This document shows positions 39,019 through 47,062 of a stretch of 48,882 bases of DNA, one piece after another. The translations under genes were made by a program, and so were the position numbers. This DNA comes from Burkholderiales bacterium (GTDB lineage: Bacteria > Pseudomonadota > Gammaproteobacteria > Burkholderiales > JACMKV01). The stretch covers positions 1 to 48,882 of the forward strand of contig JACDAM010000297.1 of assembly GCA_013695435.1 (NCBI GenBank). Direction: 5' to 3'. Below the pieces are notes generated by a model, which did not search any database, was not told where the DNA came from, and saw only the letters and a program-made list of their open reading frames with translations. Numbering within the stretch: position 1 is the first letter of the stretch; each line of letters starts with the position of its first letter.

Positions 39019-39718
39019 TCAGGCGCCTTTGCGTCGTTGAAAAACGCTGCCCAGACCAAAATACGCGATCGAGTCCTTCATGTTGGAAACGAAGCGCCAC
39101 CATGGCGACATGCCCGGATCGGTTACGTATTCCAGCGTGAGCACGACGCGCTGCTGATTGGCGCCGATCGGCGTCAGGCGGTGATGCAGCTTGTCGCCGA
39201 ACAGCACGAGCATGCCGGGCGCGGTCGCGAGCTGTCGCGTCTTGCCCGCGTTTTCCGCCCCCCGCGGCTGCTGGCAGCCGGTATTCGAGCCTGCTGTCCG
39301 AGCGATCGACAAGTCCGATCAGCACGGAGAAACGCTTGCCCTGGTAATACGAGCTGTCGTAGTGCCAGCCGATGTGATCGCCTTCTTCTGTGTAGTAATA
39401 CAGCGCATAGGTATGCGGATCGGCGGGCGGACACGGCAGGAGCTTGCGACCGGTGATCCGATCCAGATATTCCGCGAGCGCCGGCTGGCGATACAGCTCG
39501 CCGAACGATGGCGCCAGCCGATCGAGTTCGAAGCGGCTGATGCTGCCGCCTTTTTTATGTCTGGGAATGTAATTGCGATGAACCGCCGATTCGAGCCGCG
39601 GCAGTTCGGCCAGCAGGCGCTGCAACAGCGGCGCCGGCACAAAATCGGGCACGACAAGAAAGTCGCCTTGCGATCGAAACGACTCCGCGAGTTTCAAGAT
39701 ATCGATATCGGCGAACAT
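39019..39718 (-). pseudogene. 2OG-Fe(II) oxygenase (prolyl-4-hydroxylase-like), frameshifted in a C6/G6 run
   Basis: The N-terminal frame has GDHIGWHYDSSYY (HxD). After the run at 39258-39263 the protein continues in another frame: ENAGKTRQLATAPGMLVLFGDKLHHRLTP...RVVLTLEY (distal His and Arg). First gene of the phosphonate operon. Confidence 0.65.
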
Positions 39719-40022
39719 GGTGCGTTTATCCGGTTTAAGGAGAGGAACGAATCGGAAGCGTGCGGACGTTGAAAGATGCGCGTGTGATCATTGTAAACAG
39801 GCCTTTGACTGCGTTCGGCCGATTCTGGTTTGCTTGCACGCAGAGATCGAAGCGCGTGCTTGTCACAATATTTTAACGTGCCCGGAGGCTTTGCGTCATT
39901 CGGCCCTGGCGGGCGATGTAATTGTTAACTGTTCGTGACGCCGCCGTGATGTTGATTTTCCATACTGGGATCGTGATTTTTCGAAAAACAAACGTTCAAC
40001 CGCGAAGCGAAGGAGAGCCATC

Positions 40023-40331
40023 ATGAACCGCGATGAAATGATCAAAAAGCTGGTCAGCTATTCAGTCGAAACCGCGTTACGCAATCCGCAAGCCGAATGG
40101 ACGCGCCGGATTCTCGTGAAGGGGTTCGACGGATTCCATCGTATGCCCCCGAAAAAACTGGAACGCGAGCTGCAATTGCGCGGCCTGATCGGTTACGACG
40201 AACCAGACGATGTCTGCGAAGATTGCGCCGAATGCGACGAGAGCGATCTGATGGTGCTGCCGGGCGGTATGGTCGGCCCGAAGTGCTACACGGATAGCAG
40301 GCTGTCAGGCGAGCTTGCCGCGACGCAATGA
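40023..40331 (+). CDS. hypothetical small acidic Cys-containing protein
   Basis: 102 aa, strong SD (gaaggagagccatcATG), DDVCEDCAECDESD cluster. No family recognised. Confidence 0.5.
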   Translation: MNRDEMIKKLVSYSVETALRNPQAEWTRRILVKGFDGFHRMPPKKLERELQLRGLIGYDEPDDVCEDCAECDESDLMVLPGGMVGPKCYTDSRLSGELAATQ

Positions 40332-40438
40332 GTTGTGATAAAACTTTGAAACTCGCGTGATAAGCTGGTGAACCAGTTCGAACAAACTGGTTATGAGCGC
40401 GATGAAGCGTTCGTCAATCAACTCCAGGAGAAACAAAA

Positions 40439-40738
40439 ATGCTCAAATTATCCCGAATGGCAATGATGTCGGCCGTGATTGCATCGTCGCTGGTCGGCGC
40501 TTCGATCGCCACCGCCCAGGACGTGATGTTCGCCACCGGCGGTTACGCGCGCGGCGGCAAGGGCTTGCGCACGATGAAAGTGATGAAAGCGATGGACAAG
40601 GACGCCGACCATTTCGTGACGATGGACGAGTTCATGGCGATGAACGAAACGGTTTTCAAAAAGATGGATAAAAACAGCGACGGCAAAATCAGCGTCGAGG
40701 AATGGCTCGACAAGCAGCGTAAATCGGACGGCGGCTAA
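40439..40738 (+). CDS. periplasmic EF-hand calcium-binding protein
   Basis: Signal peptide and two EF loops: DKDADHFVTMDE and the canonical DKNSDGKISVEE. Confidence 0.75.
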   Translation: MLKLSRMAMMSAVIASSLVGASIATAQDVMFATGGYARGGKGLRTMKVMKAMDKDADHFVTMDEFMAMNETVFKKMDKNSDGKISVEEWLDKQRKSDGG

Positions 40739-40801
40739 TGAGCGAACCTTACTTGAGCAGTCATCGGAACAGCCGATAATCGTCCCGCAGCGAATGCACC
40801 G

Positions 40802-40835
40802 GCAAAGGCGGCCCTTCTGGGCCGCTTTGCTTTTC
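40802..40835 (+). terminator. rho-independent terminator after the EF-hand gene
   Basis: gcaaaggcggccc-ttct-gggccgctttgc followed by tttt. Confidence 0.6.
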
Positions 40836-40992
40836 ACGGCCCTGCTCCACGCATCTTTGCGCCGCATCGCCCGCCAAAATCTAGCGCAGTGCGGGGGCGC
40901 GAAGGGATAGGGCGCGTCGCACGCCATGAGCAAGGCAGCGCGCGGTGTCAATCGCTTCACGCCTCCAGCTGGTTACATAAAGGAGCGAAATC

Positions 40993-41887
40993 ATGATTCA
41001 TCACATCAAATTTTCCGTCAAAGCGGCGCTGCTGTCGGCGCTCATGGCGAACAGCCATGCGCAAACGGTCGACAAAAAGCGCTGACCCTCGGTGGCGCGA
41101 ACCGTGTAATCGCCGCCGCGATAGCCGAAGCCAAACGCCTGAACGCGCCGGGCGCCGCCATTGCCGTCGTCGATGACGGCGGCAATCTGGTTGCCGTCGA
41201 GCGCCTCGATGACACGTTTGCGGCCGGCGCCAACATTTCCATCGGCAAGGCGCGCACCGCGGCGCTGTTCAAAAAGCCGACCAAAGCATTCGAAGACACA
41301 ATCAACAAAGGCCGCACGACCATGGTCACCGTCCTGGGCGATGTGCAGGGATTCACGCCGCTCTAAGGCGGCATTCCTTTGACCGTCGATGGCCAGGTCA
41401 TCGGCGGCATCGGCGCTCAGAGCGCGCAGCAGGACGAAGAACTCGCGCTCGCCGGCGCGGCTGCTTTGCAAAGAGGTGTGGCAGGGCCGGCAGGTGCGGG
41501 CAAAACGCCGGCCGCGGTCACGTATTTCGGCAACGATAAAGTCGCCGCCGGTTTCCGCACCGATGCCTCGCTGCTCGCAACGGGCGCCTACAAAGTGAAC
41601 ACAAGTCGTCGCGACAAGCCGGGGCTCGCCGAAGTGCACGCGCATGAGACCGATATCTTCCACTTTCTCGAAGGCTCGGCAGTGATAGTCACCGGCGGCG
41701 AAGTCGTCGATGCGAAAATTACGGCGGTTGGCGAAACGCGCGGCAGCGAAATCGCTGGCGGGCAGTCGCAGCGGGTCGCGAAAGGCGATGTACTCGTCCT
41801 TCCCGAAGGCGTGCCGCACTGGTTCAAGAAATCGATGGGCCAGTGCTTTATTACGTCGTCAAATCTATTTCAGGAGGTGAAAAATGA
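40993..41887 (+). pseudogene. GlcG/HbpS-like (DUF336) heme-binding domain fused to a cupin domain, disrupted (2 frameshifts and an in-frame TAA)
   Basis: MIHHIKFSVKAALLSALMANSHAQTVDKK, then a shift in the A5 run at 41074-41078, then ALTLGGANRVIAAAIAEAKRLNAPGAAIAVVDDGGNLVAVERLD...FTPL. TAA at 41364-41366 is followed by GGIPLTVDGQVIGGIG...cupin (EVHAHETDIFHFLEGSAVIV...VLPEGVPHWFK). A shift near 41826-41831 leads to IDGPVLYYVVKSISGGEK and the stop. Confidence 0.65.
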
Positions 41888-42491
41888 AAGCCTGGTTGCA
41901 CGTGCTTTGCGCAATTGGCGCAGGATTTGTGCTGTCGGCCGCGGCGGGCGCCGAGGAACCCGTATTTCCGCATGCGCCCAAAGCAGCGATCGATCTGGCG
42001 ACTGTCGATGGCGTTGCGCTGTTGAACGGCGAATGGCGCTACAGCGACACCAGAATCGTCGAAGCGAGTTTCAAAAGCGCCGGCGCCGACGGCCAGCCCA
42101 CCGGGCGAACGGTCAAGAATTACGACTACGAACCGCGCTCCGGCGGTAGAGATTACGACGACCCGCATTGGGAAATCATCGCGGCCGACAGCCTGAGCAA
42201 AAGGCGCGGCAATGGCCGGCTCGGCTTCAACTGGTATCGGATCAATCTGACCGTGCCCGCACGCGTCGGCGATTTTGTAACGGCAGGTTCGACCGCGGTG
42301 TTCGAAACCGCGCTCGACGATTACTCCGAAATCTGGGTCGATGGCGAATATTGTCGCCGCAAGGCACCATCATCACGCCGCGCCATCCGCACAATCTCGC
42401 GTGGGGCGATGCCGACGGCAAGACGCTTTATCTGACCGCGCAATCGGGTCTGTACCGGATGCGCTTGAACATCGAAGGAGTGCGGCCATGA
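41884..42491 (+). pseudogene. remnant of a secreted SMP-30/gluconolactonase-family protein (internal deletion with frame change)
   Basis: Signal peptide and N-terminal domain up to ...DDYSEIWVDGE. Around 42350 the frame changes and joins directly to the extreme C-terminus GTIITPRHPHNLAWGDADGKTLYLTAQSGLYRMRLNIEGVRP. The beta-propeller body is missing. Confidence 0.5.
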
Positions 42492-42622
42492 AGTCTGGTT
42501 TGTTTTTTCGAGCGGGTGATCAGGTTGTCGTTCGGCCGCCGGCTACGCCACCCGGGAAGCTTTGACCGGGTTTTGCGAAAGCCCGCGCGAGCGTTGGGAT
42601 AAACAACAACCCGGATAGCTTC

Positions 42623-42665
42623 GGATTACTCCCTTCCACTTGCCGGGAGGGCCGGGGTGGGCGCG
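42623..42665 (-). repeat. REP-like hairpin element, copy 2a
   Basis: ctcccttccacttgccgggagggccggggtggg is the reverse-orientation relative of the 4063-4115 copy. Confidence 0.5.
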
Positions 42666-42672
42666 ATCCGGG

Positions 42673-42725
42673 ATCACTCGGTTTGCTCCCTCCCCACTTG
42701 CTTGGGGAAGGCCGGGCGGGGAAGC
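42673..42725 (-). repeat. REP-like hairpin element, copy 2b
   Basis: cactcggtttgctccctccccacttgcttggggaaggccgggcgggg aligns closely with the reverse complement of copy 1 (gaattcgggttgcttcctccccacttgctggggagggctggggtgggg). Confidence 0.6.
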
Positions 42726-42874
42726 GGCTAACGCAACCCAATTTCCACCCGCCATCGAATAATGTAAACAGGCCCGGAAAGCACGCTCGGAAATGACCAT
42801 CATCCGCATCGTTTTTCTTGTCGCGACAAAACTGTTACATCCGCTTGAACAGGACGTGAATTCGCTCTCCCACA

Positions 42875-43120
42875 ATGAAATCAACATTGATGGGAGTCGC
42901 GATGAATCAGTTCAAGCTCTTAACGAGTCTCGCCGCAGCTGCGGTCATAGCGGCGTTCAGTCATCTGTCCGCCGCGGAAGTCGCCAGCCCGGCCCCGGAG
43001 CCATGCGGCTTGACGCGCGCTTTGCGAACTATCCAATGGGTCGAGTTGGTGAAAAAACAATCGTCCGGTCGCGATGCGATGGCTGCGTTCGAGCAAATGT
43101 TTCGGCAGGGCGGTGATTAG
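42875..43120 (+). CDS. hypothetical small secreted protein
   Basis: 81-aa ORF, or 72 aa from MNQFKLL at 42902, with a signal-peptide-like N-terminus. No SD or family support. Confidence 0.35.
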   Translation: MKSTLMGVAMNQFKLLTSLAAAAVIAAFSHLSAAEVASPAPEPCGLTRALRTIQWVELVKKQSSGRDAMAAFEQMFRQGGD

Positions 43121-43210
43121 AAGGCTGCTGAAAAACGTAGCGAGCACCAGCCACAAGAAGTGGCAAATCGGAATCGCCGCTTGCTCGGAAATGACAGGAT
43201 CAGCGAACCC

Positions 43211-45487
43211 TCAGCGGGTTTCCAGAGGTAAACCGAACGAAAACGTGGTACCCGTCAGCGGCGCGCTTTCGACCTTGATTTCGCTGTGGTGCAGATCGCA
43301 GATGCGCTTGACGATGGCGAGCCCCAGACCGGCGCCTGCCGGCTCCGTGCCCCTGGCCTTATCGACCTTGTAAAAACGCTCGAAAATATGCGCGACATCC
43401 TTGGCCGGAATGCCGCTGCCGGTATCGCTGACCCGCACCATTACGTGTTGTTCATGCCGCGCAACCGAAACCGTCACGATGCCGCCGGTGCCCGTGTGTT
43501 TCAACGCGTTATCGAGCAGGTTATCGATGGCGCGCTCGAGCAGGCCGATATCCGCGCGCACCAGACCGACCTCCTCGATATCGGCGCGCAGGGTAACGCC
43601 CTTGCTTTCGGCCGCGAGCGAAAATTTTTGCACGACGTCTTGCGCCAGATCGCCAAGCTGGGCCGGTTCGGGATCGATTTCATAGCCGGAAAAATCGAGC
43701 TTGGCGAGCTCGAACAGTTCCGAGATCAACGCGCCGAGAGTCTCGCTCTGCTTGACGGCAATCTGCAGATAGTTGCGGCGCGTCTCCGCAACCAGGTCGT
43801 CGCCTTTCATGAGCAGCGTTTCCAGATAACCGCGAACCGCGGCAAGCGGCGTGCGCAAATCGTGCGAGACATTGGCGATCAGATCGCGGCGCAAATACAC
43901 GTTCTCCTCACTGAGCTTGTTCTTCAGCGCTTCGATTTCCTCATAAGCCTGGACGTTGGCGATGGCGAGCGCGATCTGACTGGCGACCTCCTGCAGAAAC
44001 TCGAAATCGCTTTGCGAAAACTGGTCTGTCGACTTGCTGCCGATACCGAGGATGCCTATCGTCTTGTCGCCGGCGACCAGGGGTAACGCGCAGTGCGAGC
44101 GGATACCGGCTTTGAGCAGACCCTCATCGAACGAATAGCAGCGCTCGTTTTGGAGATCGTTGCGCAACAGCGCCCGCTGGAAATCGAAAGGAATGTTGCC
44201 GCGCCTGCCGCGCACATCGAGCAAATGGCCGACGACAAGCTGATCGGGCGAGAACGAGCCGTCGAGCGCGTAAACGCGCAGATCGTCGATCGCCGGCTCG
44301 TAGATCGCAATCGCCGCCCGATCATGGGAAATCACGCGTTTCAAGGCCTCGCGCAGCGCGTGCAACAAATCCGATAGCTTGAGGCTTGTGATGATGGAAT
44401 TGTTGAGCTGCAGAAGCGCGAGCTGGCGTTCCTGGGCTTTCAGCCGTTCGAGTTCGGCGCCGGCGCGCGCGGCAAAAGTCTGGATGACCGACAGTTCGCG
44501 CGGCAGCGATTGCATCGGACGGGTGTCGAGGACCACGAGGTGCCCGATGACCTGCATGGCGTGATCGAGCAGCGGCAATCCGAAATAGCTTTCGGCTTCG
44601 AGATCGACGAGATCGTGGTCTTCCGGAAACTGCGCCTGCAGCCGATCCGGAAAAAACGCGGTCTTGCCTTCGAGCACTACGCGGCACGGCGTTGCGGCGA
44701 CATCGTATTCGAAGTTTACCCCGAAGCCATCCCCTTTCCAGAAAGCGCGGCTTTTTGCACGCTGCCGCCGCTCGCCCTGGCACTCCGCGACAAATACATA
44801 GCGGACGTCGATCGCCTGCGCGAGATTCCGCACCAGCGATTTGAAAAATTCGCCGTCCGTGACCGACACTGTGCCGGCAGCGATTGCAAGCAGCATCCGC
44901 TCCGATTGTTTGCGCTCGATGAACTGGCCGATCTCGGCGCCGATCACGTCGAAAACCTTGAGCAGATCGGCGTCGGGCGAACGCTTGTCGAAGCTGAGAA
45001 TACCATTACGCCGAGAACATCGGCGCCGATCCGGATCGGAAAACCGAAGGCCGGCGTTCAGTCCGGCTTGGCCGCGATCGGGGCGCGGAAAATTGTCGTC
45101 GGCGCGCACGTCTTCGATCCACATCGCTTTGCCGTGAGCCCAGACTCGGCCTGGCAAGCCAATGCCGCGCGCGAAGCTTCGCCCTCTGCTCGCCACGGTG
45201 AATTCGGCCGCCGAAACCGAAGGCGCATGCCAGCCGTCTTCGCAGCGCAGCAACTGCGCGGCGCGATCGACCAGCCAGATCTCGCCCGTCGCCCAGCCGA
45301 GATTTTCGCAAACGGCCTGCAAAATCCGCGGCGCTGCTTCGTTCAGGGACGACGCTTCGGCGAGAACGCGCGCGACCGCGTATTGCGCGGCGAGCCGGCG
45401 CTCGGTGCGCGTCGTCATGTTGTCGATGATGCGATAAGGTTCGCGGCCTACGATGCTCTTGCCGTCATCGGAAACACGGGCTTCCAT
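43211..45487 (-). CDS. multi-GAF sensor histidine kinase (orphan, no adjacent response regulator)
   Basis: About 758 aa from MEARVSDD (SD ggag). Several GAF-like regions, H-box ANVSHDLRTPLAAV, N/G boxes (DNLLDNALKHT, DTGSGIP, GAGLGLAIV). One GAF strand appears scrambled by compensating indels (see findings). Confidence 0.85.
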   Translation of the reverse strand: MEARVSDDGKSIVGREPYRIIDNMTTRTERRLAAQYAVARVLAEASSLNEAAPRILQAVCENLGWATGEIWLVDRAAQLLRCEDGWHAPSVSAAEFTVASRGRSFARGIGLPGRVWAHGKAMWIEDVRADDNFPRPDRGQAGLNAGLRFSDPDRRRCSRRNGILSFDKRSPDADLLKVFDVIGAEIGQFIERKQSERMLLAIAAGTVSVTDGEFFKSLVRNLAQAIDVRYVFVAECQGERRQRAKSRAFWKGDGFGVNFEYDVAATPCRVVLEGKTAFFPDRLQAQFPEDHDLVDLEAESYFGLPLLDHAMQVIGHLVVLDTRPMQSLPRELSVIQTFAARAGAELERLKAQERQLALLQLNNSIITSLKLSDLLHALREALKRVISHDRAAIAIYEPAIDDLRVYALDGSFSPDQLVVGHLLDVRGRRGNIPFDFQRALLRNDLQNERCYSFDEGLLKAGIRSHCALPLVAGDKTIGILGIGSKSTDQFSQSDFEFLQEVASQIALAIANVQAYEEIEALKNKLSEENVYLRRDLIANVSHDLRTPLAAVRGYLETLLMKGDDLVAETRRNYLQIAVKQSETLGALISELFELAKLDFSGYEIDPEPAQLGDLAQDVVQKFSLAAESKGVTLRADIEEVGLVRADIGLLERAIDNLLDNALKHTGTGGIVTVSVARHEQHVMVRVSDTGSGIPAKDVAHIFERFYKVDKARGTEPAGAGLGLAIVKRICDLHHSEIKVESAPLTGTTFSFGLPLETR

Positions 45488-45782
45488 TGTTCGACTCCGC
45501 GGGCGAGCTAGCTGATTATGATGCTCTTTACGACGCTGGCGAGTGTCCTCCACAGTACATAGGCCACATCGAAAATAATAGCTGTTATTCCCGCGTGGAT
45601 TCAACGCGAGGCAGCAGGCTGCGGAGAAATTCCGAACCTTCAAAGCAAACGGGTTCCCTTGGCCGCCCTGTGATGAAACTTTTAACTCGTCGCGAGATTT
45701 GCGTGATTTTCGCTGCGCACACTCGCATCACAGATCGGCGACGCCGTCTGTTCTTCCCTCAAACCACGGAAAGGAATTCGTC

Positions 45783-46070
45783 ATGAACCAATCAGATCGC
45801 ATCATCCGCTCTGCAATCGCCAGCTTGCTCGCGCTGGGTGTCGTCGGCAATGCCGGGCACGCCGTGGCCGCCAAAGGCGACAACGAAAAATGCGCGGGCA
45901 TCGTCAAGGCCGGCAAGAACGACTGCGGTACCAGCTACAGCTCGTGCGCCGGATCGGCCAAGGTCGATAACGACAAGGAAGCCTGGGTTTATCTCCCCAA
46001 AGGCACGTGCGAAAAAATCGTCGGCGCGAGCATCACGACTTCCGCGCATGCGAAGCCCGGCGGTAAGTAA
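45783..46070 (+). CDS. bufA: DUF2282-family RiPP precursor (BufA1/GigA-like bufferin precursor)
   Basis: 95 aa. Sec signal peptide ...GHAVAA. Mature region has 4 Cys in the family pattern EKCAGIVKAGKNDCGT..SSCAGSAK...PKGTCEKI. Followed by DUF692 and DUF2063 genes. Confidence 0.8.
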   Translation: MNQSDRIIRSAIASLLALGVVGNAGHAVAAKGDNEKCAGIVKAGKNDCGTSYSSCAGSAKVDNDKEAWVYLPKGTCEKIVGASITTSAHAKPGGK

Positions 46071-46120
46071 GGCGCGCAGCAACGCTACCCATCGCCAGGT
46101 AGTGCGACGTGCTTAGGTCG

Positions 46121-46167
46121 TCACCCCCATCCCGGCCTTCCCCCGTCCAGGGGGAAGGAGTACAGCG
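46121..46167 (+). repeat. REP-like hairpin element, copy 3 (between bufA and bufB)
   Basis: cacccccatcccggccttcccccgtccagggggaagg. Perfect 9-bp stem 46136-46144/46150-46158 with a 5-nt loop. Same orientation and family as copy 1. Confidence 0.6.
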
Positions 46168-46222
46168 TTTCCGCGTCGAGCTAGAAGGGGTATCGCGCTC
46201 CGCCGTCGGGTGGGAAGGGGTA

Positions 46223-47062
46223 ATGCATTCGACCAGCAACGGGATTCCCCCGCGCGCCGGGATTGGGTTGCGCGCACCGCATTACCGCGAATTGCTCGAA
46301 CGTCTGCCCGATATCGGCTGGCTCGAAGTCCACAGTGAAAACTATTTCGGCGGCGGCCAGCCGCTGCATTTTCTCGAACGCGCGCGCCGGCATTATCCAC
46401 TGAGCTTGCACGGCGTCGGTCTGTCGCTCGGTTCGACCGACAAGTTGTCGCACGAACATTTGAACCTGCTCAAATGGCTGATCGTGCGTATCGAGCCGGC
46501 GATGGTTTCCGAGCATCTGTGCTGGGGCTCGATCGGCGGGCGTCATCTGAACGACCTGCTGCCTTTGCCGTACACCGAAGAAGCGCTCGCTCTGGTCTGC
46601 TCGCACGTTGGCGAAACGCAGGATTTTCTGGCGCGCCAAATCTTTGTCGAAAACGTTTCGAGCTATTTGCAGTTCACGCATTCGACCTTGCCGGAATGGG
46701 AGTTCGTGCGCGAAGTCGCGGCGCGCACCGACTGCGGCATTTTGCTCGACGTCAACAACATCTATGTGAATTCGATCAATCATGGTTTCGACGCGTCGCG
46801 TTATCTGCGCGGCATTCCGCGCGCGGTCGTCGGCGAGATCCATCTGGCCGGCTTCGATGCCGGAGCCGATTGCCTGATCGATACACACGCGAAGCCGGTC
46901 GCCGATGCCGTGTGGTCGCTGTATCGGGAAGCGGTCGCACGCTTCGGACCGACGCCGACCTTGATCGAATGGGATGCCGATATTCCCGCGCTCGACGTGC
47001 TGCTCGCGGAAGCGCGCAAAGCGGATTCATCAATGGAGGCGCGCTATGCACTCGCTTCGTGA
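46223..47062 (+). CDS. bufB: DUF692-family multinuclear non-heme iron oxidase (MNIO, BufB/MbnB-like)
   Basis: 279 aa from the ATG at 46223. The ORF-track start at 46109 reads through the REP element. GIGLRAPHY...WLEVHSENYF...LSLHGVGLSLGS...EHLCW...LLDVNNIYVN...IHLAG motifs of UPF0276/DUF692. Confidence 0.88.
   Translation: MHSTSNGIPPRAGIGLRAPHYRELLERLPDIGWLEVHSENYFGGGQPLHFLERARRHYPLSLHGVGLSLGSTDKLSHEHLNLLKWLIVRIEPAMVSEHLCWGSIGGRHLNDLLPLPYTEEALALVCSHVGETQDFLARQIFVENVSSYLQFTHSTLPEWEFVREVAARTDCGILLDVNNIYVNSINHGFDASRYLRGIPRAVVGEIHLAGFDAGADCLIDTHAKPVADAVWSLYREAVARFGPTPTLIEWDADIPALDVLLAEARKADSSMEARYALAS

Noticed and set aside
42489-42566. 25-codon ORF (MKSGLFFRAGDQVVVRPPATPPGKL) overlapping the lactonase-remnant stop with ATGA.
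   Set aside because: It is too short and has no recognisable family. It may be the stub of a gene truncated by the adjacent REP pair, but that is unsupported.
45560-45782. Candidate ECF-type (GAAAC-N-CGTC) or MerR/CueR-type promoter, and the palindrome gaacc-N13-ggttc, upstream of bufA.
   Set aside because: The spacings do not fit the ECF -35/-10 geometry or the 19-bp MerR spacer. With no comparative data I cannot support it.
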